A DNA stretch of 64,000 bases, from NCBI GenBank assembly GCA_964188305.1, contig OZ076887.1; one strand, 5' to 3'. Below the pieces are notes generated by a model. It did not search any database and was not told the origin of the DNA. It saw only the letters and a program-made list of their open reading frames with translations. Shown piece after piece: positions 36,396-48,300 of the stretch (positions within the stretch are counted from its first letter, which is position 1; each line of letters begins with the position of its first letter). Source of the DNA: Podarcis bocagei. Its lineage: Eukaryota. Position numbers and translations under genes: made by a program.

Positions 36396-37299
36396 TATAT
36401 ATATAAAAACTTGGAAAGAAAGTAATTCCACTAATGAGCAATCAAATATACACTTTTTTGAACAAGAGACGATCTGAAGTGTGCTTTAAAATAAAGCCTG
36501 CCTTTATTGGAGTGACATATCTCCTTTCTGTTTTGACATTGAACTGCATTAGTGTACCCTTGTTAAACTTGTATGTCTAAATTCCATTTGTCAGACACTC
36601 ACTATCTTCACGCACTTTCACCCAGAGCTCAAGTTGCACCACTTTCCAACCACTTAACACGTTTCAAGTGTTTGAGTGCTAACAAACACATCCTTACTTT
36701 ATAGACTTCTCTGCCATTAAACAAGAGGACCTTTTTTCTTTTCTTTTTACAACACAGGGGAAAAAGTATTTTAATATTAATTGGGAAAGGGAAAGGGAAA
36801 CAAAAGCGGGTTTCAGGTGTGCCTAATGCCACAAAGTTCATTTTTTGTAATTAAAATGTTACAGGGCACGTAAGTACACTCTCTATTGCTACAGGTTAGG
36901 AGAGGGTTGAGTAACATAAAAGTCCATCATGGTCTGCATCACCTTTATTTCCTCCTCAATCAATGTGGATCCTCAGCTGGAATACTGCCTTTGGCTTACA
37001 AAAGCAGTAACAGATTCCCTAACCCAGTGTCCGTTTAGTTGGTGTTATAGTAACTGAGTTACTATAACACCAACTGAGTGTGAAAAGTGCTCTGTCTGAC
37101 ATCACTCAAGCATGCTGGTACTAGTTCACAAGTTCTGCTTTGGCACTGAGAAATGGTTTGGGAGCTAAGTCCTGGCTTAAGGCAAAACTATCTGATTAAA
37201 TGCGTTGCTTATTCCAACTCAAAAAACAACACTGTGATTGGGCTGCCAGCAAAGGATGTCTTTTTCTCCCAGCCTTTCTCTCTGAAGAAAAGCACTGCA

Positions 37300-37360
37300 G
37301 GGGATTGGAATAGATGATGTCCATGCTCCCTTCCAACTCTACAACGCTATGATTCTATGA
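37300..37360 (+). mobile_element. CR1-type 3' terminus
   Basis: TAGATGATG...CCCTTCCAACTCTAC...ATGATTCTATGA. Confidence 0.75.
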
Positions 37361-37501
37361 AAAGAATTAAAATGGGGTGTGTTTTAAGTTGCATGGAGAG
37401 AAAAAAAAGGTTTAAGTTTATCATTTCCCTCACAAATATCTCTTTTTTAAAAATAAAAAGTGGGAGAGAAGAATAAAGGAAGGCAATTGGGACTCAAGTA
37501 C

Positions 37502-37610
37502 CTCCCGGAAGCCTCTCCCAATTCTTCTTGATAGAAGGCGATTTGCTAAGCGCCTGCTTAGGAGAGCCCTCTGCAGTGTCACTCGCATTCTTCAGGACTA
37601 AAACCTGGAA
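37502..37610 (-). CDS. Candidate internal coding exon (unidentified host gene)
   Basis: Acceptor ...TGTTCTTCATCTATTTTCAG|, donor GAG|GTACTT; a single open frame FQVLVLKNASDTAEGSPKQALSKSPSIKKNWERLPG; no protein recognised. Confidence 0.25.
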
Positions 37611-37621
37611 CTGAAAATAGA

Positions 37622-37772
37622 TGAAGAACACAAAAATAGCCCTGCTGATCAGACCAAAAGCCTGCCTAATCCAGCCTCCTGTTTTCCACAGTGTGGAACC
37701 AAATGCCCCAAAGGAAGCCCCCGAGCAATAGCCCTGCCCCACTGTTGTTCCTCAGCAGTTGGCATTCAGAGC
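37622..37772 (-). mobile_element. Old CR1-like LINE 3'UTR (continues ~38020-38100)
   Basis: AAGAAC..AA.A.AGCCCTGCTG.ATCAGACCAAA.GCC....TA.TCCAGC pattern; similar piece at ~39230-39330. Confidence 0.65.
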
Positions 37773-38111
37773 AGCCTGGGGCAGAAATGCTCTCCTAACA
37801 CCAGTGTTTCTGCAGTTTACCTGGATATGGATGGGGCAGGACATGGAGGCAGTGAGCTTGGGGCTGTGTAGAAATGCCAGCAGGAGTGCCAGAGGTCTCT
37901 ACTGGTGCCTTTCCTCAGTCCCAACATCCGCCCACTCTACCTCAAACTTGTCCTAGTAAGCTACAGCAATGCTGGTGACAGGAGGATAGCTCAACTGCAA
38001 TGCATGGGCTCCCAGTGTCTGGAGGTAGCACATAACCATCACGACTAGCCTTATCTCCCATTAGTTTATCTAAACCCTCTTTAGATAGATTTTAATTAGG
38101 GACTACCAATA

Positions 38112-39138
38112 TATCACCTCCTGGCAAATAGAAGGGGAAGAAATGGAGGCAGTGAGAGATTTTACTTTATTGGGCTCCATGATCACTGCAGATCGTGACA
38201 GCAGTCACGAAATTAAAAGACGCCTGCTTCTTGGGAGAAAAGCAATGACAAACCTAGACAGCATCTTAAATAGCAGAGACATCACCTGCCAACAAAGGTC
38301 CATATAGTTAAAGCTATGTTTTTCCCAGTAGTGATGTATGGAAGTAAGAGCTGGACCCAGGGACGCGGACTTAGAAAAAATATTGGGGGGCCCCGGGAAA
38401 GCTCATGAATAATAAATAAGCTCATGAATATGCAAATAAAGTGGCTCCGGCCCTAAATAGGGCAAGCCACGCCCCCCAGCCAGCCGATTGGCTGGCTGGG
38501 AGGTGTGGCCAGTCGGGATTCCCCTGTTCTCGCGGGATTTCCGGCCGGGGCTCTCCGATTAGGGCGCGCGGCTGGCTGGCTGGCGAAGGAGCAGGTGGGG
38601 AGGAGGCGGGGGACGGCGGCGGCGCTCTGCTGGAAGGGCGCCCGCCCGAGATTATTGGGGGGGCTGAGCCCCCCCCAAAATTTTTTTGAGGGGGCTCGAG
38701 CCCCCTCAAGCCCCATGGAGTCGGCGCCTATGGCTGGACCATAAAGAAGGCTGATCGCCGAAGAATTGATGCTTTTGAATTATGGTGCTGGAGGAGACTC
38801 TTGAGAGTCCCATGGACTGCAAAAAGATCAAACCGATCCATTCTTAAGGAAATCAGCCCTGAGTGCTCACTGGAAGGACAGATCGTGAAGCTGAGGCTCC
38901 AATACTTTGGCCACCTCATGAGAAGAGAAGACTCCCAGGAAAAGACCCTGATGTTGGGAAAGATGGAGGGCGCAAGGAGAAGGGGATGACAGAGGACAAG
39001 ATGGCTGGACAGTGTTCTCGAAGCTACCAGCATGAGTTTGACCAAACTGCGGGAGGCAGTGGAAGACAGGAGTGCCTGGCGTGCTCTGGTCCATGGGGTC
39101 ACGAAGAGTTGGACACGACTAAATGACTAAACAACAAC
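38112..39138 (+). mobile_element. Bov-B LINE 3' part, interrupted by a hAT element
   Basis: DFTLLGSMITAD..SSHEIKRRLLLGRKAM through LEKTLMLGKMEG-type C-terminus; TSD ACCAATATATC / ACCAATACATC. Confidence 0.95.
38358..38732. mobile_element. Young GC-rich non-autonomous hAT element nested in Bov-B
   Basis: Perfect 8-bp TSD GCTGGACC duplicating Bov-B sequence; imperfect TIR CAGGGACGCGGACT / AGTCGGCGCCTATG. Confidence 0.9.
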
Positions 39139-40446
39139 CAATACATCCTCTGGTACATAATTAGTTTAACTACGCTTCTCGGGGGGGACGGGACTGATAA
39201 GCCCTCACACAACCCCAAAGCCACTCAAACCTAAGAAGACCCCCCTCTGGATCAGGCCCATCTAGTCCAGCATTCTGTTCTCACAATTGCCAGTCAGTTT
39301 TGTATGGGAAGCCCACCAATAGGACCCAATTGCATCCCTGAACAGAATGTGATGTGGAGGACAAGGGAACATTTATTTTTCACCAGGAGTGGAAGCAAGT
39401 TTTGAGTTACTACCCACTAATGTTCACATAGCTACTACGAGGTTTGAGGAGTTAAGCGTTAACCTCTTACTACAGAATGAATTCCAGGATGAGGAAACAT
39501 TTGGAGCACTTTAGGAAAGGCTACCTTTACTGATTTTATGGTTGCTACTTTTGCAATTTTGCATTGTTCCTTCACTGAGTTTCTTCTGCATTTGTTTTTA
39601 TTGTGAATTGTACACCACCCTGGGAGTTTGGTACTGCGAAGGGCAATTTATAAAAATTGTTTTTCCTGAGGTACATATAAATGTAAAAAGATGCAGAATA
39701 GACTGGAAAAAACCTGTAGTTGCAAAACTTGTATATCCCCTTAAGTGTGCTGAACATGCCCTGCATTTATTTTCCAAGTCAAAAATATCCATGGAAATAA
39801 AGGTTTCACACCTCTTCCAAATATGAAATTGATCCAGGTTGCTTTTCCTATCGGAACATAGCAGTTTTGTTCCTACTCCCACAGCCATAACCCAGGACGT
39901 CAGTTCTTAAAACCAACCAATGCATGTTGCAAAATCATAGTGATTTAGGACACTGGCAATATTGTTATTGTCATGATTCCCACAGTGCAGTCAGGATCAG
40001 ACTTGACTTGGCAGGCCCCAACACAAGAGGAGGAGAAATATGGAGAAGCTGATTGTTGGGGATGGGAGCTTGAAGGAGTGTTATCTCCCATCTGCTTTGA
40101 TTTCAGCCACTTATATGCAGGCCTGTCATTTCAATCTCTGTATTTTGTTTGAATGTAATGGATTTCATTTTATATTATTGCCAGTTGATGGAGAATTATC
40201 ACTGAAACAGGTCATTATCCTGGAAGAACTGTTCTGTCTGCTGCTGTGCTCGGAGCACCCTTTTGTGACATTTGGAGCACCTACCATCTCACTTCTCTGT
40301 TGCTGTTTTTATAGCTCCACCATGCTCCAGCTCACTCTCGACAACATTTTGGATTTTGATATTTACTGTGCAAAGGCACTCAGCCTCAATTTCAGTGATT
40401 CTTTAAAGTGACATACCATTCTAGTCATTCTGCTTATGGAATAGTT

Positions 40447-40740
40447 TGTTGTTGTTGTGTAGTCATCTTAGTCGTGTTCGACTCTCCGTGACCCCATGAA
40501 CCAAAGCATGCCATGGAAACACTCACTTTCTTCTCAAAGCTTCTCCTTTTTTTATGTCCATGGAGTTGTCTTGGCAAAATACTGGAGTGGTTTGCCAGTT
40601 CCTTCTCCAGGTGGATCATATTTAGTCTACACTCTTGGCTATGACCTGTCCGTCTTGGGTGGCCCTGCACGGCATAGCTCATCGCTCCTTGGAGCTATTC
40701 AAGCCCCTTCGCCACAACAAGGCAGTGATCCATGAAGGGG
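40447..40740 (-). mobile_element. Internally deleted Bov-B derivative (5'UTR fused to 3' end)
   Basis: Bov-B 5'UTR (GCCGTGCAGGGCCACCCAAGACGGAC...CTGGAGAAGGAACTGGCAAACCACTCCAGTATT) joined to the Bov-B 3' end and (CAA)n; 11-bp TSD ATGGAATAGTT. Confidence 0.85.
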
Positions 40741-40985
40741 ATGGAATAGTTACTTGACTCTTATTAGTTTGTGACTCCCAGAACATATTACATGTCTTCT
40801 GTTTATGAATTTTGAAACACCTTGGAAGGAGCAGCAGGGATGCTGGCTCTTCCCCCGACCTCCTCAGAGAGGAATCTCAGTGCAGGCTAAGGGGTGCTTT
40901 GGGCAGACAAGGCAACTCAGGAGGCAGCAGCAACTGATTAGGAGCCTGAACAGCTTTGTTCTGCCTCTTCAGATGGGAGCAGACC

Positions 40986-41140
40986 CACTGGCGGAGGAAG
41001 AGGTGTGCGGGGGGAGCGCACTGCCGCCAGCAGCGCGATCCCAGCGCCACGCCCCCGGAACGTACACCACGCCCCTACGGGTGGCGCGACATGCCCCCTG
41101 GACACGCGCCAGCCCCGCCCCCACCTGCTCTCCACCACTG
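40986..41140. mobile_element. GC-rich hAT MITE
   Basis: TIR CACTGGCGGAG / CTCCACCACTG; perfect 8-bp TSD AGCAGACC. Confidence 0.88.
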
Positions 41141-41674
41141 AGCAGACCCACATGCCCCTGAAGACCACACACTTCCAAGCCCAACATTCTTGCAAAGTGA
41201 GCGAATCTCACAAATGAGCGCATCACAACTCATCTTTGAAAGCTTGGGAGGTGCGGCGTGGAAATTATTGGGACATCTTTGTTGCTTCTGTCCTGTTGTG
41301 AACATCTTGCCTCATTCCTGAGCTCCTGAATTGTGCCTGCACGTGTTGGGTGGGAGGCAGGATGGTTAATGAAACTTTGTTAAGAATTCTAAACACCTGA
41401 ACTTAGGAGCCTTAAGGCCAGCTGGGTGATATTTTGACTACTTCCCCAACAATTTGTACTTATTGCTGCAGGGATTTCATGTTCGTCTTCAGATTTTGTG
41501 ATTCATCTTGTCAGTATGACAACTAAGGGACTTGTTTTCAGTGAGGAAAACAGGTCAGACATTCAATGTGAGAGAGCAAGATATAAAATTTTCCCCATTA
41601 TTTATAGATACAGTGTTCATGGGACCTAAGCAGCCATGCCACTTTAGAGAGCGGGAGCCGGGGAAGGAGGGAGA

Positions 41675-41890
41675 GAGAGATTTATATGTATGACCTGATT
41701 CATTAATCTTTCAGCACTTCTGAATATATTTATCCCAGAGGTGCTGACTAGAGTTTTATTTTATTTCGTTTTACAATATTATGTTTATTATGTGTGGTGC
41801 GCGCCTGCGAGAGGATAAATTGCTGTCAATAAATTAATGACACATATCAATTATTTATAAACGATGGCTTTTGAGTCAGCATGGCATGTG
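41675..41890. promoter_or_regulatory. Putative conserved non-coding element / developmental enhancer
   Basis: Repeat-free and AT-rich, with dense TAAT, TTTAT and TGACAG sites and retained CpGs; conservation not verifiable here. Confidence 0.5.
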
Positions 41891-42373
41891 CCCAGCTTTG
41901 CTATAGTGGCCTGCCATTGAATGTAATGGTGCTTCCGTAGTGGTGTATACATTCGGAAATTGGTTTCCCCCTCTGCAATTCAGTCTGAAGTGATGAGAAA
42001 TGGAGAGCAATTTACTTTATGGAAAATGGTGGGTGCTGCTGCTGTTAACTGAACCAGTTGTGGGAGATAGCAGTCTTGTTCATGGGGCCAGACGAGGGCA
42101 AAACAAGGCATGGAAAGACACACACGTTTAAATTTTCATTTATCTGCCATGTTCACATACAAAGCAGAGGTAGGGGGCTTCCTGTTAAAACATGAAAATG
42201 AATGCAGGTGAGAAGTGCCAAATTGTGCCCTTTTCTGCTTTACGGCCCTCAGGCTAAGCACTTTAAAGGGCCACTGGACCATAATTCAAACAAGAAATGC
42301 TTATATTTCACCTTGCATACAATGTCAACTAATATTGCAAGTTCAAATGGCCCTAGTAGCAAGGGTTGGGTGC

Positions 42374-42863
42374 AGAACAGAACAGAATGAAACTTTATTT
42401 GCGTCAGCCATCGGCCATAGCAACAAACAAACATTGTGATGTACACAGAACAAAAAAACAAAAAAAAAAGTTGATTATATAAAACACAATTTAGGGTCCT
42501 GAATGAGCAATCAAATAGTGGACCTTACTTACAGGATCTGTACCAGCAATCATGCAAGGGTGTATCCCAGCCCCAGCACTGTTCAAGTTATACATAAATG
42601 ACATTGTCCAGTGCCTAACATCTCCAGAGTATCATGCCCCTAAACTGGCCACAAAACCCATCTCGATTCTACTATATGCAGATGACGTGGTTCTCCTATC
42701 TCAAACAAAAGTAGGCCTAAAAAGATTGATCAAAGCATTTGCAGGGTATTGCCAGAGAGAACAGCTGGCCGTGAATTACAAGAAAACGAAAGTCATGGTT
42801 TTCTCAATAAACTTTAGAGCCTATAAATGGCATATGGACAACCAGCCAATCGAACAGGTCAAC
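42374..42863 (-). mobile_element. 5'-inverted RTE-X-like LINE insertion
   Basis: Minus-strand 3' end with AATAAA and (TTCTG)n tail at left; plus-strand RT fragment (QGC.PAP.LF.LYIND...LLYADD...NYKKTKVM) at right; 10-bp TSD GGTTGGGTGC. Confidence 0.82.
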
Positions 42864-42964
42864 GGTTGGGTGCTTTCTGCCTCCAGTCATACATTTTGAT
42901 CTTACTGTTGTGACTCACTGCTACATGTTAAAGATGGTAACATTACTGTAACATTTTATTCGTA

Positions 42965-43147
42965 CAGTCATACCTCAGGTTGAAGTAGCTTCGGGTTGAG
43001 CGTTTTTGGGTTGCACTCTACTCAAAATGACGTCACGCACATGCGCAGAAGCAGTGAGTCGTGGCACGCGCAGACACGGGTTGCATTCACTTCAGGATGC
43101 GAACGGGGCTCCGGAACGGATCCCTTTCGCCTCCAGAGGTACCACTG
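42965..43147. mobile_element. Tc1/mariner (Tigger-like) MITE
   Basis: CAGTCATACCTC ... GAGGTACCACTG with TA TSD. Confidence 0.85.
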
Positions 43148-44887
43148 TATTTTGAATTGATGACTTAGCAGAAGGCTGGCCCTACCATTAGACAAAACGA
43201 GGCAACTGAATTTGGGTGTCAAAAACAGTCTGCAAACTGATAGCTATAGAACTTATTATAATTGTATTTTATGTTGCAAACTGCCCTGTAATCTTTGCAT
43301 GAAGGGTGGTTTATCAATTTAATAAAAATTTATAATAATGTTTTGGATGGAGAGAGATGTTTGTGCAACACCATATTTTGATATTTGATCTTTATTGTGA
43401 GGTGCTTTGGGCGTTGTGGGGTGGGCGAACCAGAATATAAAAAACTCAACTAACTTTCATGGACATTTCTGTTATTTCTACTCACAGAATACTATCAGCA
43501 CATGACAGAAGAGCATAAACAGAAGTATTAAAGGCGTTAGATCCTTGTAGGGAAAGGAAAGAGTTTGTTGTAGAGAATAAATATCTACAGATGCCAGACG
43601 GAAAGTTGCCTTTTGCGCTAGGCTTTTTCAGACACTGAGGGATGCCTCTTGTAAATCCACCTTGTGGCCATCGAGCTGAGTAATACACATGGCTAACTTT
43701 CTGACAGAACTTTGAACTTCAATTCTCTGGAAAAGCTCTGTTGCTCATAGATGTATTGCCAGTATCATTCATTCAGGCAGGTTTTTGTGTGTGTATATGT
43801 AGACATGGAAGTGGGTTGCTAGAGTTATTCTGTTTCAGGGGGAAAATGTAATGTGAGTAGCAGCCTGGAGATGAATGGCCTCTGACTGTGGCAGGCAAGA
43901 GTGCCTCCGTTCAAATTGTGAAGATTATTTCCACAATATGTAAGGTCTATAAAAAGAGGTGCTCTTAGGAGGAGTTATGATGAAAAGGCAAGTGTGATTC
44001 GGAACAGCAGTCTCCATTTGTAATCAGTGAGCCTTGTCTTAGAAAAATCTTTTATCCAGGAAAGACATGCATGGTGTTTAATAAAATTGTATTGATTTAT
44101 CACAGTTTGAAACTTCATGGTTCGGTTCTAAATATCCATTTATTTTCTAGGCCTATGCATAGAACAGATGGCAAAATAATAGTTGTCTCTTATTATCTGA
44201 AGGCCAGCGCAGTAATGTTCTTCTGCTCTGTTTTGAGGGCCGAAAGCTGTCTTGTGAAGGCAAGTGACACAAATAATGAATGAGACTCCTGCTCTCTGGG
44301 CACCACATATAGCAGAATTCATGTGTTTACTTCAGGCTGTGTAAATGGGTCTTCAAATCTGTTTCTCATTTATTCCTATGTAAAGGCAAATGCAACAAAG
44401 TGAAAGCAAAAAATCATGCATTAATAAAATCTCTTTATGATCCCAGCTGGCATCGGAAGTAACAATTGTGCTTCAGTGAAAATGTGTTTGGGCTAGCATT
44501 TTTGATGTAATTTGAATCTCTGTTTTTATCTATGAAGCCATCACTCATGTATCTTACTCTTATCGTTGCTTTATGGAAGCTTTGCTTTATCAGATGGGGA
44601 AACAACAAGAGAAACATTTATTTATCTTTTGTGATATGCAATGAAGTTCTAGTCGGGTATTTATGGCCATGTATAAATATTCATAAATAGCAATGAACAA
44701 AGTAATTAGAAAATAACTATGTTAAAAAAGTGTTGGGATTAATTTATTTTTTAAATCTTTTTCTAGACATCAAAAAGCATGAAGCTTTGGGGAAATTAAA
44801 GGTAATTTTACAACCCAGTGCTAGACAATTCTGTGCTGGTAAAGCTGTGCACCTCAAATAATAGAGGGCTGCATTTATTTTACATAT

Positions 44888-45300
44888 CAATAATAATAAT
44901 AATATAATAATAATTTATTATTTATACTCCGCCCATCCGGCTGGGCCTCCCCAGCCACTCTGGGCGGCTTCCAAAAGAATACATCAAACATTAAAAGCAT
45001 CCCTAAACAGGGCTGCCTTCAGATGTCTTCTAAAAGTCTGGTAGTTGTTGTTCTCTTTGACATCTGGTGGGAGGGCATTCCACAGGGAGGGCGCCACTAC
45101 CGAGAAGGCCCTCTGCCTGGTTCCCTGTAACTTGGCTTCTCGCAGTGAGGGAACCGCCAGAAGGCCCTCGGTGCTGGACCTCAGTGTCCGGGTAGAACGA
45201 TGGGGGTGGAGACGCTCTTTCAGGTATACTGGACCAAGGCCATTTAGGGCTTTAAAGGTCAGCACCAACACTTTGAATTGTGCTCGGAAACGTACTGGGA
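44888..45300 (-). mobile_element. L2 LINE 3' fragment
   Basis: VLTFKALNGLGPVYLKERL...RAFSVVAPSLWNALP...LFRDAF; (TTA)n tail. Confidence 0.92.
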
Positions 45301-48300
45301 AACGTACAATATAAAGCAGGGCACCGAAGGGGGGCTTTGGAGCTTTATAAAGCCTGACAGGTCAATGCCTCATCACACCTGCCTCTGGTATTGGAGAAAA
45401 AAGTTCACTTTCAGGAAGACCTGACCTGCTTATTTGGTGCATTATATACAAGCTAGTATGAACCCAAGCAAAACCTAGAGCTTATCCACTCCACCTTCTT
45501 TTCCTCTGCAGCTAGGAGAAATACTTCACTAGTGTTTAGTGAAGGTTATTCCAACCTGAAACTGGGGTTTAAAACAAGCCAGATTCATAGTTTGAGGCTG
45601 TCTTGTTGATAAACTGCCCGGAAAGTTATCACTGTCTTTCCAAAAGCACAGATTAATTTGGCCAAGTGTCTGTGTGTAGTAGCTATTTGGACTTAACAAC
45701 AGATCATGGTTTATCATGACGAGAAAGGGCTTGCACACTTCCTACTCCCTTTCCTATCCCCTCCTTCTTATTGGTTTGTTTATTTTAGTAATGTATATAT
45801 GATTTAACACTGCTGTTTCTCAGCTCTGTGCCATAAGGATACAGCAGACATAATTAAATGATTAAATTAACTAAAATTCTTTCATGAAATTCTTTCATGG
45901 AAGTTTTTGCTTCTAATTCACAGTGAGGCATAACTTGTCATTTTTACTGATTATGACAAACAGTGATTTGGGCGAACCATCATTTGCAGCCAAACCAGAT
46001 CCCAGCTGTGGTCAAACGGTTGTATATTATCCTAGTTTTGACTGTAAACATCACACACTATGGAAGGGGCAACTGGGGGTGACCCCAAGTGAGACCACAA
46101 CTTGTTCCGGCTCATTCTTATACCAATGAACCATCATTTACTGTTCCAGATGAAGACAGGGTTGGGATTATTCTAATTTGCACATCCTTGTGATATATCT
46201 GCAAACTTTATTTCATCTTTGAGGCGGATAATACAGTGATAATTGTGGAAATGAGGGAAGAGGAGAATGCATGCATTGTTGGGTAATAATTTCCAGATCA
46301 CCCGTTTTTAATATTTAAGAGCCAAGGGCCATCAATGTTTAGGTTTCTTCTGTCTTTCTGACATGGAGAAATTAAATTGATCTACAACTAATATGGATGC
46401 ATAAAGGTCAGTTTGCATATGGATGAATAAATAATTCATGGACCCTTAAGCCCTTAATATCCTCCTGTGTTTGCCTTGAGCAAACTATAATGATATAACG
46501 TGTGAGGTTCTTTCCTTACTAAATGCCAGCGTCTACCACTCAGAACTACCATTCTTGTTCTTTTCTCACACTCTCTCTTTTTTTTAATTGTATGGAAACA
46601 TTAAAGAGGAAGCTTCTGCTAACGGGTATTCAAATTCCAAAGCTTTGCATATCTCGAGGGAACACTGTTACTCCAAGAAAGCTGCTTTTGGTGGATAATT
46701 ATACACTATATTTAATGCTCATTCCACACAGATGTTGCTTTGGGTCCCCCCCCCTTGTTCCGTCAGACAGAGCAGGGATTGCACATGGTGGATGAGAGGA
46801 GTGGATCAAAAGAAGGATAGCTTGCAAATGTTTCAGCTGAAGCTATCAGGGGAAAGTGCAACTAGAAGCGAAGAGAGTTGAGTAGCATGTTGGGAGTTGA
46901 AGCCATTTATTGAACAAAAGCAGTATTTCACTGCTGTATCCCCTTAGGAGAAAATGTTTTTCACTATTGCATTTTTTAAAAAAACCAAACAAACCTTCTG
47001 CCATAGAACTAAATATGAATATAATCTGTTCTTGAGGTTTATTTTACAAAAATATAGACTATAGAAATAACTAAATTGCAAGTTCTTTAAGGTGGAGCAC
47101 TTTGAATGTGGATCAGGGATTGGATGTCTTCTGGTTGAACTAAGTCATGCACACTGAACCAACCAAGTTCTATTCATTTCTCAAAATAGTAACTAAAAAG
47201 GGGGGGAGGGACCAAGCACAAGGTACATTACTAATTTTAGGGGTAACCTCTTACTTCTATTTGTATTTACTTACAGACATTTCTAATTTCTGTATTTCTA
47301 ATTATCTGAAATGATTGATTTTTTTTAAATTTTTGGTTATACTTATTATTGTTCATTTGATAAGTTGTGAACCACTTTGGACATCTTATGGGAAAGTGGC
47401 ATGGAAATAAACCGATGGTGGTATTTATTTAATTAACTGTCAAGAATTAAATTATCCCCAAGAATGTACAATATACAAAGTATATTGTTGTCAGCTTGTT
47501 GGGTCACCCTCTCCTAGCAAGGTGCCTCAGTGGCACAGGGGATTCCGAACTTGGCTCCCAGCACCTTTCCGAAGTGGCTAATGGCCTCACAAAACGTTGG
47601 CATATATAAATAAATATAAATATAAAGTTTGAAGTTAGGCTGCTGACATGGTTACACTGAGAGGAAGCTACAAAATGGATCCATGTAGCTGAAGTTTGGA
47701 AAATAGACCCTCTACTGTTTGTTTGATTGAGAGAGCTAGTACATAACACACACAAAAAGTTTAGTTCTACAGTTCTATCCTGCCTTCTACAGAGTTTAGT
47801 TTAGTTCTATCCTGCCTTCTACAGAGGCAGGATATCTATGGTTTCTGACTATCCTTCAAAAGTGCCAATCATAGGTAATGGGAGGAGGCATAGGAAATAA
47901 ATTTACAACTGCTATGAAAATTCAGTGTTTGTCTCTGAGGGTGCAGTATATTAAAACAACTTTATTCATTTTCATTCTGATGCTGCAAGTGGATATAATT
48001 GTGTAGCTGGTCGAGCTGTTGACTGTTCCTCATTAACATGGCCCATATCCAACAGACAGAATGTACATTATATTTGTGAAATGAATATTGTATGTGGTAG
48101 GAGATTAATTAACTTTTTATGGAACTTTCTGCAAGTGGCACATCCCTCACTTTCACATATGGACTCAGGGCAACTTCTTTCTTTTTTTACTTTTTTGTGC
48201 TGAAGGCCCCCAAGTCTATTCACAACCACTCACCATTTTTACGTGTAACTCGGGAACAAAAAGAGATGTTAATTTATGCACTTCAGGTGTTCAGAAGTGT

